From Camelus dromedarius (Eukaryota), in the NCBI RefSeq assembly GCF_036321535.1, contig NC_087437.1:104038001-104102000 (forward strand): a stretch of 64,000 nt of DNA. Reading direction: 5' to 3'. A model generated the notes under the pieces. That model worked only from the letters and a program-made list of their open reading frames with translations. It did not search any database and had not been told where the DNA came from. Of the stretch, positions 12,156 to 26,391 are shown one piece after another (the first letter of the stretch is position 1; every line of letters begins with the position of its first letter). The translations under genes and the position numbers were made by a program.

Positions 12156-14895
12156 GTCTTAGATCTTGCTTTCAGGGGAAACCTAGTCTAAGGCACAGGT
12201 TTGAATTCAGTAAGTTTGCTTTTGGAAGAGATCTACTGGCCCAGTGGAGGCAAGAAAGAGTGAAAGAGGCAAGTAGAGAAAGCTAATTCAAGAGTGTTAC
12301 AGATGATCACTGCTGTGAAAACGTAGGGTTCAATCCTACTGGGGAGCCTCTTACAAACCATGTAGAATAGATCTTAGAATTTTCCACAGAGGAACTCAGA
12401 ATAGGCAACTTAATCCATTAGCATTCATATCATATTGGTCAAGATTCACTCCTAGGATTAGTTCCTTCCTATCTCTGGGTTTGCAAATTCTCAGTGTAGC
12501 CTTTCTACGTCAAAGCAGAAGAGAAGCCCTTAAAATTTACATGTAGTTAATATTAGTCACGTATTCTAGCTGTGCCTGGATACAGATGGTTGTTGAAGCA
12601 ATGACAAGCGTACAAAGGTGGACTGGGGAAGGATTGGGGTCGGATGTAAGGAGAGTTCAATATACGCCACCCTTCGTACTAATCCATTTCAGACCATGGG
12701 TGTGGTAAGTCTGACACATTCCAGCCTTCAAGATACTGGCCGGCTTCATTATCTATGCAGTATTAAATGGCCACAGTTGAGTGAAACAAGCTTGATAAAA
12801 CTGGGTTCAGAGGCTATATTTAATATTCACCTCTCTTCCACCACCCATTTTAGAGCTTTCTCTCATTTGCACAACACTTCAACATGTCTAGATTTGGGGC
12901 TAAGTGGGGTGGTTCTGACCCTTTAACCAAGGAGTTGGGAGTATTCAGTTGCTTTAAACTTGTTGTCACTGGTCATGAAGCATCTAGGAACAACCTTGGG
13001 AAAGCCTTGGGACCCAGACATAACTTTCTTCCTGCCACTGCTGTTTGGGGGGCAATCTCGGTATCGTTTGAAGACACTATTTGAAGTCTCTATTTTAATG
13101 GTAGAATTTTCTGGCTTTGTAGAAACTGGGTGGCAGATCTCAATTTCTACTATGTAACCAAGTTAGACATATGCTCAGCAGATCCATTTTTTTCTTGCTA
13201 TAGAAGTCAAGTAACACTCTAGTTAACTCACCATCTATCTCAACAGTAGGAATGTAATGATTAGTCATGACTACAGATCCACCTGGTTAACTCTTTAATC
13301 TTGATGTTCACTATGAAAACTCCCTTGAGAAGATCTCTGATGATAAACACTGACCTGTTGGTCTCTTCAATTTCAGAATACATCCCCAGCGGTATTACTA
13401 GAGGGCCAAGTCCCATGGAAAATCTGCTAATGTCAACCTTGACCTAGAGGAGGAAGCACCAATGCACTGTTCAGAGATGGAAGTGTCTCCCTTAGCAGTT
13501 GAATTCTTACTGTTTGCAAAATCAATATTCTGAGACTTCATGTGGAACATACTTCAGTGATAGATGACCCCATCTCACATATTGGATTCCTTCTGAATTG
13601 CTCACCTACCCTAGTCTTCATACACTGTTCTAATTACTTTGTTTCTTTCACTATAGACCATCAGTATTTCCAAGATTTAAAAAGCAACTCTAAGCATTGT
13701 CTCCAGGTGTCCCTGACAAAACATTAAAACACTTGAGCCACAAGAGAGTGCCCCCTTGTCAGTAATAAGCTATATATTTTGTAGTCTTGGCCCACACCCA
13801 ACTTCCCAAATACACCCCAAACATGTGCTCCCTGGTATTTTCTGGTCACTTTAGTACTTGGGTGTACTTGTCATTTTCTTCCTGGAGAAATTGCTGTATT
13901 ATCTGGTCTTTGCTTGGTTTCACCTGTCCCTACTTACAGATGAGGACACAATAAGGAGAAATGAACCCAAATATTGAATAATCCAGTACAATTTATCAAG
14001 GCATTAACACCAGATAAGGCCTGCACTGGAACTCCAAGTGGAGGAAAGTATTTAGTATGGAGTAAGGAGCTGCTTCTTCCGAATAAGATACATAATATAG
14101 AATTCAAAATCCTCAGGCTTTTTCACCTAATTGCCCACACCTTGGGTCTCTAGGACATCCTTTTTGTTTTTTCAAATATGGTCTCTTCTTTGGCATAGGA
14201 GACCCATGGAGGCTGTTTGTTCAAAATCCTTTGTAGTTCAAGTACTTTTATATTTGACCCCAGGTGTAGATTTACATCAACTGCTTTTTTACCAGAGGAT
14301 TGATAGCTGGCTAATTTAAACCTGTTATTTTGGGGGCTTCTAAAAATGTAAACAAAAGGTTGGCTAATTCCATAGCCCTTCATATTATTATTGCTAATAT
14401 ATTGATAACAAGTATGTTGTATTGCACAGACCAATGTTTCATGTTGTATCTGTACCAAATTCCATTCTACCTCCTGCTACAAATCTTAGTAATGATCATA
14501 CTACTACATGCCAAGAATTAACACCACTCCAGGGAACCCTGGCAGTTAGAACCTAATTAGGAGGTGGATCCTAGGATAACATCACTCACCTTCACGAAAA
14601 GTGTTACTACTGTTACTAATTGCTTTAGGGTTACCCTAAAAGAAGAGCCTGATGAAAGGGTTAACACGCAGGTGGAGTAGGAATGAAAGGCTAGGAAAAG
14701 GGTAATGGTGATATAGGGAAGGAGGGGAAGCCAATCCAAGGATGGGTGAGTAATTCTGCCATCATAATGGGGCAATTGAGACAATCTCTCCGAGAACCTC
14801 TGAGGAGTATAAAATACACTTCAGAACTGTCCAATAAGGCTAGAAGGATACTTAGTTGTAAACATCAGTCCCCACTAGTCACAGGTTATAGTATA
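12156..14895 (-). mobile_element. Decayed, internally deleted ERVL (class III) provirus: 3' LTR about 12156-12665, internal remnant about 12666-14620, partial 5' LTR about 14621-14895 (LTR33/40/41-like)
   Basis: Two similar direct-repeat LTRs (ggggagcctcttacaaaccatgtagaatagatcttagaatt versus gagaacctctgaggagtataaaatacacttcagaact). A minus-strand polypurine tract aagggtgg abuts the left LTR and a degenerate PBS-like segment abuts the right LTR. No long ORF remains. Confidence 0.7.
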
Positions 14896-14899
14896 AGGT

Positions 14900-17425
14900 T
14901 TTAAAAGTCTAGCATGTTTATATGTCCCCTGTATCATTACTTATGTAACGCCCCTCTTTATCTCTGAAAAACTTCCCTTGCTTTGAAATTTGTTCTATCT
15001 CAAATGACTATAGCTTCTCCTACTTTCTTTTGATTGTTGTTAGAGCATAGTGTATTTTTCTCCTTCCAAGTACTTTAAGTTTCTATGTGTCTTTATACTT
15101 AAAGTAGGTTTCTTGTAGATAATATATAGTTCAGTCTTATTCTCTTATCCATTCTGAAAATCTGACTTTTAATTAGTGCATTTGGACCACTGTTGTTTAA
15201 AGTGATTACGGACATAATTGGATTAACATCTACCATATTTCTTACTGGGTGTTTGTTGTTTTTTCTTTGTTTCCACTTTTGTCTTCTACTATTTTTCGGC
15301 CTTTGTAGTTTCAATTGACTATTTTGTATGATTTCATTTTCTCTCCTTTATCAGCTTATCAGTTACACTTTATTTTTTTAATGGCTGACCTAGAGTTTGC
15401 AATATACATTTATAGCTAATCCCAGTCTACTTTTCAACAATCCTATACTACTTCAGGGGTAGTCGGGTAACTTATAATAAAACAATCTTAGTTTTTCCTT
15501 TCGTCTCTTGTGTCACTGCTCTCATTCATTTCACTTATGTATAACAATAGTAGACATATATCTGAATATACAAACATACATAATTGAATATACTGTTGCA
15601 TTATTGAGCTGTTATCTATTAAATCAATTAACTATAAGAAAAGTTTGTTACATTCACTTATTCCTCCTCCACTGCTCTTCTTTTATGTAGATCTGAGATT
15701 CTGAGCAATATCAACTTCCTTCTCTCTAAAGAACTTCCAACATTTCTTGCAAGAAAAGTCTACCAACAAATTCCCTTAGTTTGTTTGTCTGAGAAAGTGT
15801 TTACTGTTTTCACTTTTGAAGGACAATGTTTTAGAGTACAGAATTCTAGGTTGGTGGTTTTTCTCTCAACATTTTAAATATACTACTTCACTCTTCCTGC
15901 TTGCATGGTTTCCAAAGAGAAGCTGGGTGTAATTCTTATCTTTTTCTTCTACAAGTAAGGTGTTATCTTTTTCCTCTGGATTGTTTCATGATTTCTTTCT
16001 CTTTGATTTTCTGTAGTTTGAGAGTGATATGCCTAAGTGTATTTTTGTTTGTTTTTTTCATGTGTGTGTGTTTTTTGTTAAGGGGAAGGCATTTACCCTG
16101 TTTGGGATTCTTGTGGCTTCCTGGATCTGTAGCTTGGCATCTCACATTTATTTGGAGAAACTCTCAGTCACTGTTTAAAAATGTACCTTCTCTTCTTTCT
16201 CTTTCTTCTCCTCTGGTGTTCTCATTATGTGTGTATGTTATACCTTATACTGTCCCACAGTTCATATGGTGTTTTTGTTGTTTTCTTTGCTTTTCAGTTT
16301 TAGAGGTTTTGGAGATATACCTAAACTCTGAGATTATTTCCCCAGCTTGTCAATAGACAAGTAGAATATTATTCTACTAGGCAAACCAAAAACATTCTTA
16401 ATTTTTCTTAGTTTTTTTTTTTGTCTGTAGCATTGTTTGGTGGTAGGTGAAGGGGTTCTTCCTTAGGATGTCCATCTTTCTGTTGTCTGTTTGATCTTGC
16501 ATGCTATCTACTTTATCCATTAGAACCCTTAGCATACTGTTTTAAAACCATGGTCTGATAATTCCAGCATCCTTGTGGTGTCTGGTTTTGATACTTTTCC
16601 TGTCTTTTCAAACTGTGCTTTTTGCTTTATGCCCTATAGTTCTTGATAGTTGAACATAATGTATTAAGTAAAAGCAACTGCTGTAAACAGAACTTTGATA
16701 ATATTGTAGAAAAATGTATAGGAGAAGAAAACATTCTTATAGTCTTAGAATTAGATTTTAGTCTTTTAGGGACACTATGCCACTGGCCAGTGAAATTCAC
16801 AGATGTTTCTCAGTTCTTCCTCCCTTAGGTGAGAACAGATTGCTAGAGTGGAAGTAGTTGGCTATTTTGCTTCCCCTGGGTCCGTCAGTCTCTGGTAATA
16901 CCTCTGCATGTTAAGTTCTGGTTAACTAGTTTCTCCTGAGGGCAAGCCTCGTTAAGTATGGAGTGCTCCAGCATATTTCACAATGATTATTTTTCCTCTC
17001 CTCCTGCTGCATCCAAGAAGGAATTTCCCCTCTATTGTTTATTATAAGAAAACTGATTAAACTTCTGAAAGTAAACCTCACACAACAGTGGCATCTCCCT
17101 ATGACTGGGTCCCCCTGGAGTTTGTAATTGTGAGTTTTCAGCACGAAGCCCTGAGTAACTCACCAACTTCAGTTCCGGTTTTCCTATGGCAGCACTGGTT
17201 CCCAGGGCTGTTTTCACCCCCAAGTCTCTGCTCTAGTAAACAGACACTCCCTGTATTCACCTCTGTCTCTCAAATCTCGGGGACAGTGATTTGTCTTCCA
17301 TCTTCTTCTTTCTTACAGATTTAAGAAGAGTTGTTAATTTTCCAGTCTGTTCAGCATTTCACTTGTTCTTAGGATGCAATGCCTTCCAAGCTCCTTAGGT
17401 AAGGCAGCAGAAATCAGAAGTCCAG
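14900..17425 (-). mobile_element. Ancient L1 5' portion (5' UTR, ORF1 remnant, start of ORF2 endonuclease), L1MC/MD-like
   Basis: Minus ORF 15099-15314 contains MVDVNPIMSVITLNNSGPNALIKSQ, a decayed ORF2 start (ITLNVNGLNxPIKR). The T-rich ORF1 remnant includes cttttgaaggacaat...cagaattctaggttgg. Confidence 0.85.
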
Positions 17426-18315
17426 CTGGACTTAGAATTTTATTTGATAGTTTTGGGGAAGGCATTTTTTTTTTTGGTGTGGTGTCAACAGGAAAAGGAC
17501 ATGACCTAATTTATATACTTAAAATATGACTTTGGGTAGAAAATAAAGAGTGGCAGTAAGGAGATCGAAAGAAGGCTGCACAAGTAGTTCAAACAGGAGA
17601 GTGGCTAGTGGCAGCTGGATGTAGCAGAGATCCACTTAATAGGATGCAAATTTTGGAAGTAGGGCTGGCCTGTGGTGTGGAGAGAAAGTAAGACCATAAG
17701 AGTGACCCTGAGGTTTTTTTTTACTTTCTTCTCTCAATAAACTGAATAATTTTCAGGGTGATACACTGATATGTAGAAGACTGGTATATGGGAATGTTGA
17801 TTTGAATTTTCTTTTTAGAACTGCGAGAGACAGTTATTTCACGGACATTCAAGTAGAGGTGGGAGATGAAAAGTTGTATACAGAAGTAAAGCTCCAGGAG
17901 AAATCGGGGTTTGAATTCACAAACTGTCAGTAAATAGATTTACTTGAAGCTGTGGGAATTTGAGACCACTGGAGAAGAGTGTAGGGAGTGAACAGAAAAG
18001 GCCTGAGGATAGATTCTTGGAGAATCTCAGTGTCTACGTGGATTGGAAAGAAATTCTAATGTTTATTAAAAGAGTGAGGGGAAAGTAGTCAGTAAATTTG
18101 ATGAAAAACCAGGAGACATCTTATCTCAGAAATCAAGTAAAGAAAATGCTCAATGAGGGAGGCACTCAATTTTTTTTCCAAATACTGTTTAAATGAACCA
18201 AATTTATGGTAAGAATTTGAAAAATGGAAAGATTATTGAGTGATTTCAGTGGTTTTGACCTTAACTGCAGAGGTTGAGAAGATAAAGGAAGAGTTAGTGG
18301 AGATGGTCAATATAT
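17426..18315 (-). mobile_element. LINE-2 fragment (right part)
   Basis: ggacttagaattttattt...gacatgacctaattta...ttttggaagtagggctgg...gacattcaagtagaggtg...gaaaaaccaggagac; typical L2 motif series. Confidence 0.75.
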
Positions 18316-18424
18316 ATGTATATATGTCTTAGAGACAGAGACACACATATTCCTTACAATTTTCCTTTAATAAATAAGAACAAGTTTATCCGTTTATCCT
18401 ATCTTACCGTTAACTTTTAACTAC

Positions 18425-19690
18425 CACATAAAGGAGCTCTGACTAGCCTCCTGGATAACAAGACACGTGGCCCAGCTCCCTCCAATATTTGTCAAGAGCC
18501 TGTTGAGGACCAGTCATGTGAGCTAATCCATCACACACCACCCGGCTCTTAGCTGACCTGCCTTCTGTGTAAGCTGCCAGCCAAGAGCAGCAAGGCTGGC
18601 CCAGTCGAGAAAGACTTCCCAGCCAACCCACAGAATGAGTAGCTAAATACATGAATACCGCTTGAAGCCACTGACATTTTGGATGTAGTTTGTTATACAG
18701 CAAAAGATAATTAGGAGAAACATTGCAATCTTAAGTGTCATTGATCTGAGGGATGGCAGGTGGTGATGACTGGAAAAAGCAGTGAAGAAACTATTAAGCA
18801 AGACTCGAAAAATGGTGAATCATCTGTTCATGGAAACTAGAGAAATCAATGAGGAAATTATACAGCAAACTGCAAAAAGGATGCCCCACATTGTTCTCTA
18901 GTAGAACAGCTGGCAAAGCTATGGCCCACTCCACTTTGAAGCATGTGTGTAACGCACACGTCTAGTCATCCTTGTGTATACTGTGTCTGTGAGGAAGGGT
19001 GCAAGTAACTCGTCTCTCTCACTCAATAGAAACACATCCAGGTTGTCTTTTAAATATGACTTTAGATCAAAAGGTTTTGTACTTCAACCCTAAGGGCAGA
19101 ACTGCATGAGGCATTTTAGGTCTCTGGGATAAGACTGAGTATATTTTCCATGTGAGAGAAAAGTGAGTAAGTTACAGCCAGAGGATGGTTGTGATCGATG
19201 ACCAAATGCCCACAAACTCCTTCCTTTCTACGAACAGTATGAATAGGTGCAGGCATGGCGCCACCTCTTGCACCTGCAACAGTCATATGACTTTCTTTGA
19301 CCAATTTACTTTACTAGCAAATGATGCAAGCAAAGGCTTAACAAGGACTTGTACACTGGGGGTGTCTTCTCTTACAGTTGTTGTAACCAAGCAATCACTA
19401 CTTGAAGAAATGCAGGCCAGCTTGCTGAATTGTAAGAGAAACTCAGATGCCTCTATCACCCCATTAAATAGCCTACAAACGCCGTATGTGTGAATGAGGA
19501 CACCCTTGATTATCCAGACACAAGGCAACCTATGAGTTGGCAACAGCTGTACAGGCAAGTCCAGCAGCCTTCAGCTGAGCTCTCTCAGAATCAGCAGACT
19601 CACAACTGTGAGCTGATTAAGTGGCTAATGTTTAACCTACGAAATTTGGGGATGCTTTCATAAGCAGCAAGAGAGAACTAAATTGCCTTC
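18425..19690 (+). mobile_element. MaLR remnants: MLT1F/G-like LTR 3' half (18425-18715), short internal-like segment, second LTR (about 19235-19690)
   Basis: cccagccaacccacagaat...gaagccactgacattttggatgtagtttgttatacagca and cacaactgtgagc...aaatttggggatgctttcataagcagca are LTR 3' ends. Confidence 0.7.
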
Positions 19691-22399
19691 TATCTCTAGG
19701 ACGCTCTCTACTGCCAGTGGGCTTTAAAACTACCACCGTATTTAATCCAGCCATCATCATATAAGAACATTCTGATATCAAGACTTCTTAATTTGCCACA
19801 GTCATACACATTTCAAAAATAAACTTAAGACAATTATATAAATGTGCAGGTAACCTTATGAGAAATAAAACAAATCCATCCCCGCCTTTCTTTGTCTTAT
19901 AAATACCTATTTTGGGGGGAAATTGTTTTAAGTGTAAGCTTCTATGATCTGATTATGCACATAATTACAGTTTTATCTCCAGGTATTCTTCTCACTACAT
20001 TTTCAGTCTATCTTCTTAGCGAAGATAACTCTTATCCAAGAAAATAATCAACACATTAAGGATTTGTAGCATCATTACATATCATAATTAAGAGTGCCTT
20101 ACCACCATGTGAAATCATTTAAATGTGTATGTTTATAACTATAATTTTATCAATATGCATGAGACAAAAACAGTTTATATTGTTCTGCTGGTAAATATAT
20201 TATGACAATGGTATGGGGAATAATGAAGATATGTGTTGCTTCATCAGCCAATGGATTAAAAAAAAAATCTATTTAACAGATTCACCAGAACTTACTGATT
20301 TAAACTCTTAACAGTTAGATTTGAATGGTCAGGGAAAATTTGTATCCTCTCCTTTTTCAGCACTATTCAGAAGATAGCTTATCAAATTACTGTCACTCTC
20401 TCCCCCCAGAGGAATTAACATTATTTTGATTTTATATTGAAAATAGAAGAGGATTATTGGAAAATAAAAATGAATCTTGACTTTTTCTCTTCAGAAGAAT
20501 TCAAACATTTGCAGCACTGAATCTTAATAGGGCAATTCCCTGTAGAAGGCTAAAGCCTTTAATTGGTCCAGAATCTGTAAACTCTAGAGATTCAGGAAAA
20601 GAACAGTAAGAATACACTTAATATTCCTCTGCTAAACTAAGCACGCAATGCATATTGATCTCTCCTGGTTTTAACTAACTGCATTATAAATAAGATCTAT
20701 AAGACAAGTTGTTAAGAGTCTTTTCTACCATCCTTTCAATTCCACTAAAACTATTCAACCAATTTTATTAACTTATACTTTTAATAAATTAGAACCATGC
20801 TTTAGAAACCTGAATCAAAATGAAAACTGAGGGGGAAAAAACCCACATTTTCATATTTTTTTATCTTCAACTTCTATATATGCATCTATCCCACACACTC
20901 TATTCTGGGCAATGGAGACATCTGATTTTCATAAATGGCCAAGTAAAAAGAGTGAGGAAGCTAGCAGCTCAAGATGGTAATGGAATTTAGTATTGATCTA
21001 GGAGTGTTCATACTGAATAGAAGGGCAAGGCATACAATAATGTTGGCTAACTGAAATAGAAGTTGAATTAATAAGTTCAGTAGAAAGAGCCAGGGTAACC
21101 CAGATCAGACCAGCCAAAGAAAAATAACTAAACAAGAAATCTAGTATAAGTTAGGAATTATATTCTTTTAACCTCAGGAATCAATGACAGTCAAAAGCAT
21201 TTTATTATTCCTGATAGTTGGAGATCCCTGCCTTCGTCAAAGTTGTAACTGTGTATGTTCCCATTCCAATTTCCCCAGTGGTTAGGAACTTCAAGTTATA
21301 GCGTTAGTATTGAATGTATGTGAAATTAAACATTACTTAGGATGGGAAACTCCAATGAATCAGTTATCACCATCTTGGAAAAAGGTGTATAGGGGATTTT
21401 TTGCAGCCCTTTGCCACACAAGACAAGAAGGAAGCCTGGAAGGGATGAATTTGACTTAAGAACAAAGAAAATGACTTAAGTCTGAATATGCAAGACTGAC
21501 GTTCTCTGAGTACAGCCAATCTTACCTATCTCCAGCTACTCAGTTTATTTGGTCAGAAAGTAACGATTATATAGTTAACATCTATCATTGAAATCTACTT
21601 CCAAATTTCTTGTGGATGGACTTTAGAAACTAGGACTGAGAAATACTTAGATGATTTCTCTAAACACTCATTGAATCAGTGGGTCAACTGCTGGGTTTGT
21701 TTTCTACCTTTGCCATTAACACAGTTTCAAGCTCTGCTGCTCATCAAATTTGAGAAGTAAACTAGGAGACCACAGTGTCTAAACTCCAAGACAATTAGCA
21801 GTTGATGTGAGCTTTCCTTCACATACATTTAGGGCCAAAAATTTCAACTTGTTCATTTTAGATAGTTTGCTCCCATGTACATATAAGGCAGTAGATACTA
21901 ACATGTACTGACCTTCCCTTTTATATAGGAACCCTATTTTCAGCTCTTGCTCAAGCAAAGTATCCTATTAGTGTTTTCCAAATCCTTGCGATGTCTCTGA
22001 ATGTACCACTGAAGCTGGAGTAGTTTTCTGAGACCAGGCGATAGAAACAGCTCAAACATGAATAAATACTCCAAGGAAACAACAGGAGCTACTTTTTTTT
22101 TTTATCTTCTATTCCTGTTCTAGACAAGCGATGTGTGTGTGATTCTTCCACCTACTAGACACTGTAATTCACTTTGCCCTATCACTAGTCCAATTCCTTG
22201 ATTTCAGAACTCCTCTCTACAATCTCCTCGCACACTGTGACACAACTACATTCACAGGCGTGCAAAATACTGAGATCAGAAGCCATGTTTAACGGCACTG
22301 CAGAAGGCAGAGAAGTGATAATACAGAAGAGAGTCGTAACAGAACACACATGGAAGTGCCTTAACTACAAGACAAGCCTTAATAAAGCTTAAGGAGACA

Positions 22400-23480
22400 A
22401 ATAACTTCTTCATAAAATTGATAATGAAATATATGATGAGTATATCCAAGCCTTAGTGGAAACAAAGATCTCATACTACAGAAGGACACAATTGTAGACG
22501 GTTTAAGAAATCTGTTTTGCAAAACTTTCAGTATTAATGGCAATTTCATGATAAACAACAGAATGGTTCTACATAAAGGCAGTAATATAATCTATCCATT
22601 AACAAAAAAAATACCATATGCCTTTATACTTTATCAAAATGTTTTTATATGTTATAATACTTAACATAAAACTTTTAACCTTTAAGAGGATATTAAATTA
22701 GTAAACATATTGGATTAATAAAGACACAAGATAAGGTAAAAACTTAAGGGGCACTCCATTAAATCCATAACTCATTCTATGAAACTTTTCCTGGAAGTAA
22801 AAACTAATAAAAATAAGGCACAACAAAAGTCCTTAGAATAAGGAGGGAAAACCAGAATTACTTGAAAAAATATGATTCCCACCATAGGAAATAAAACGTA
22901 TTTAAGAGGAACAAGATACATTTTCTAATATGTAAGGATATAAAATCAACTTAGATAAATTAATGGCATATGTTCAATAGTGATGTAATGGAATTGAAAA
23001 GATTACCATGTGTGATCTAAGTAAACCATATAAAATGTTAAACTTCAAGAAATATCAAGAGTCTTATGACAAATAAAGCAAAAGTCCACAGCAGTACATA
23101 AAGTAACACTGAGAAATAGGACATACAATGTTTCTAAGTGGGAAGGGCAATGAAAATAAATTGTCTTGTATCTATAAATTGATCTGTAACTCCAATTTAA
23201 TTCCAATAAATCTGACTTCACAATCCAATTGTAAAATATGTTTTAAAGACTGAGTCTCCTGTAACACCCAAGAAAATTTGTTAAGAGAGAATAAAGTACT
23301 TTTCTCCTATGGGTTATCAAGTTATTTTTTTTTTCAGTTCTAAAGCAATTACAAACATTGTGGTGTTGACACAGAAATGAAGAAATACACAGGTGAACAG
23401 GTCAGCAAAGAGGATCCAGAAATAAAATAGTGGTGATATAACAATTTGGCATAACATAAAAGTAGCATTAGACATTGGAT
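22400..23480 (+). mobile_element. Very old L1 ORF2 remnant (L1ME-like)
   Basis: A-rich, with ORF2 DNA motifs taaattgatctgtaactccaatttaattccaataaa and taaagcaattacaaacattgtggtgttgacacagaaat. Confidence 0.55.
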
Positions 23481-23988
23481 TGAAGATATAATACACGGAA
23501 ACTGGCAGTGAGAATAATGGCGTCCTATATAGAGAACAGTTATAATACTTGTATCGTACACAAATATCATGCACAGTTAAAGGCTATCAGAAAACTCCCA
23601 CAAATATACACACACTATTAGAAGAGGATTTGCTTCCAAAGAGGGTTTGGAAAGATGAGACTTCTGACCTTAGTAGCAGTAAATCTCCAGATATACCCTA
23701 ATGGACATAAGGACTTTTTTTTAAAGCCATTGGAGAGTGTGGTCACACACAAAGCTTTAAGAAATAAAATCTGATCTACAGAATAAATAGCCGTCCCTAG
23801 GTGAGCAAGGTGGGTGATATAAGTGTGCAAAGGGCATTCATGTTTACATACCTAGTTCCAGCTGCTGAGGTTCAAAGTTAAAAAGATGGAGGAGCAAGTG
23901 TGCCAAGTATGAAGTCTCTAAAGAGAAATCAGATGAACATTCAACAATGACCGGGAGGACCACATTGCCTATCAGAGGAGTCCAAAAT

Positions 23989-24032
23989 GACAGAGACAGA
24001 CAGACAGACACAGAGACAGAGAAAGAAAGAGA
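23989..24032 (+). repeat. Compound (GACA/GA/GAAA) microsatellite
   Basis: gacagagacagacagacagacacagagacagagaaagaaagaga. Confidence 0.8.
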
Positions 24033-26391
24033 AATGCGCAGAGCCAGAGAGCCAGACAGTTCTCTCCCTGCAGTAATTCCCTAACACGGGTATTTAGTTA
24101 AAGAACTGAATTAGAGGTAGACCTGGGGATTAAAAAGAGATCTCATAGTTTCACAGTCTCATGATCTTCCAAGTTCAGTTTTGAATTTTTACAGAAGGGG
24201 AAGTTTATGTTCTTGACTTATATTTGACCTCTCCTTCCAAGAAAGCCCTGGATCCAAACTCCATTAAGACGGCTCCTCCTTATAATGTCAAAACCATGAA
24301 TTGCTAGACCTAGAGAGAGCTGACTCGTTCAGCCCATGAGATCAGGAGACTTCATGGTTACAAGACAGTGCATCTTGGAGGTTGTGCACTTATTAGAGTC
24401 TGTGAGGTCATGAGACAACATACCAGGAACATACAAGTTCCTTTGTCAACAATTTTAGGAAAATACAGCATCTGCCAAACTCTAGAGACTCATGCACAAA
24501 AATTGTGAATGTCAGTTGTTACAGTGGTACCAACTTTTTATGGCAATAGTCTCAGAAAGAAAATACAGCAACACAACTCCAAATGGAATTGTAAATATCG
24601 TGACTGTAAACATAAATCAAATACGTACTTTCACCGATTATTTTCATCTTGTTACATCATATATGAACTCAGTATCTTCTCAATTCCCTGAAATGCCTCA
24701 TATGTACGATCTCAAGAAAAGTGTCTGAGAACAAACTACAGATGAAAAAGTAGTTAAGCCCCTCTCCCTGGAGCACTCTAATTTTTGTGTGCGAACTCAT
24801 ATTTTATTTTTACCCAGTAAATAGTATGTATGAAAAGAGGTAGATTTCTAGAGGGGAAAACAGTTTTTACATTTCACTTAGGTATGAAAGAAATTCTGAA
24901 TCTGCTTGAAGAATAAACCTCTAATAATTAGGCCAGAGGAAACTGAGCAGGGTGTGCGTGTGTGTGTTTACTGGGAGCGATATGGACACCCTCCATTTTT
25001 CTTCTAGAACAGTTAGGGTGCAGATGGTGGGTTAAGTTGCTAGTAAAGAGCCCCCATCATACAGTGGCTCAGAAGTCGGGCATTTTTCATCACTCAGTAC
25101 CACACAAGTGAGCAGTGTAAGGTTAGACCCTACCATCTTTAAATTCATGTAAGGTGAACGGAGGTGAAACAAACCAGGCAAGCTTCTTACCAGAATCAAT
25201 TCATAAGTAGCTTCCATCACCCATCTCCATCCACCCAATCATACTAGCGGCCAGAATTTATTGGTATGGCCACCCAAATGTATTTAAGAGACTGAAATGT
25301 AATTTCTAGGCGTGTGGCCTCAGGCTCATCAAGAATTCTGGGTTGAAGTGTTCTCTGACTAAAATAAAAACGGTACTGAAGGACAGTGAGCATTCTCTGA
25401 TGCGATTAGTTTTATTTATACTTATTTCTACTTCATTTTCCCCAGATTTGTAACATTGGGTACTATCTTTTTCTTCTTCGTATAGTTTCCTGAGGATAAA
25501 ACAATAAAGTACTCAATTGTCTTCAAGAGAATTGCCAGCCTTTGCCAGCAGTTAGCTAAATACACTTGATTAAATCACTATTTCTTCTTCAATAGCCTCA
25601 TATAAAAATTCAATTACAAAATATCTTTCCTAAATTCACAAATGTCATTCTGTCTGATCATATATTGTCCACCTAACCACATTCCAAACTGATCATTAAG
25701 TATCTATAAGCATAACTGAACAAATTATGCCAGTAAATATTTCTCTTAAACATTTTTAGTCCAAAACTAGATTGTGTTATATTAGTAATATTTTAGAAAT
25801 TATCAAGAATCAGATTAAGTCTAATCAAAATAAGCTTTTCTGACTTAATGTGGATCCAAACTATTAGACATTTTCAGAGAGGACAAATTATCATGTCAAA
25901 AAAATTTGATGGTGACATGAGTTTTTAAAGATAGCCAGTTGGGAATTACCACCTCCTGAATGTGGCATATGTGTGTATATCTCTGTGTCTATGATGTTAT
26001 TCACATACACAAAATGAATTAGTGAATTATTTTTTTCAGGAGACTTACAATATTTATAAAATATCTGGTTAAAATAGTTGATTAAGGAATTAGATAACTG
26101 TATTTCTGGTTATCATTTTATTTTCTCATTGGCAGATATTTCCATGTAAACTAGGGTTAATTTAAACCAATATATTTCTCTATTAACAGAAAAGGAATTG
26201 TGAGAAGTCACCTCAGGAAAAGCGTATGACTAGATAATACCAGTGTAAAAAAAATGCAACTCAACTAACTTTGCAATTTAATAACCCAAAATAAAACATT
26301 CTCTCACATCCTTTGTCTTAATTTAAGTATCAACTTTCACACAATACATAAAATCTTCACTGGCTATACTTTTAAGTGTAATTTTGTCATT

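Noticed and set aside
15901..16356. 151-aa hydrophobic ORF suggesting a membrane protein
   Set aside because: It is the antisense frame of a T-rich L1 ORF1 remnant; the Phe/Leu/Cys bias is compositional.
20375..20384. tagcttatca matches the 5' end of miR-21
   Set aside because: Only 10 nt match, the rest of the mature sequence differs, and no complementary arm is visible.
23560..24480. Possible old LTR; similar unplaced blocks at about 32690-33370, 44900-45200 and 53200-53560
   Set aside because: The composition is suggestive, but I could not identify termini, a TSD or a family with confidence.
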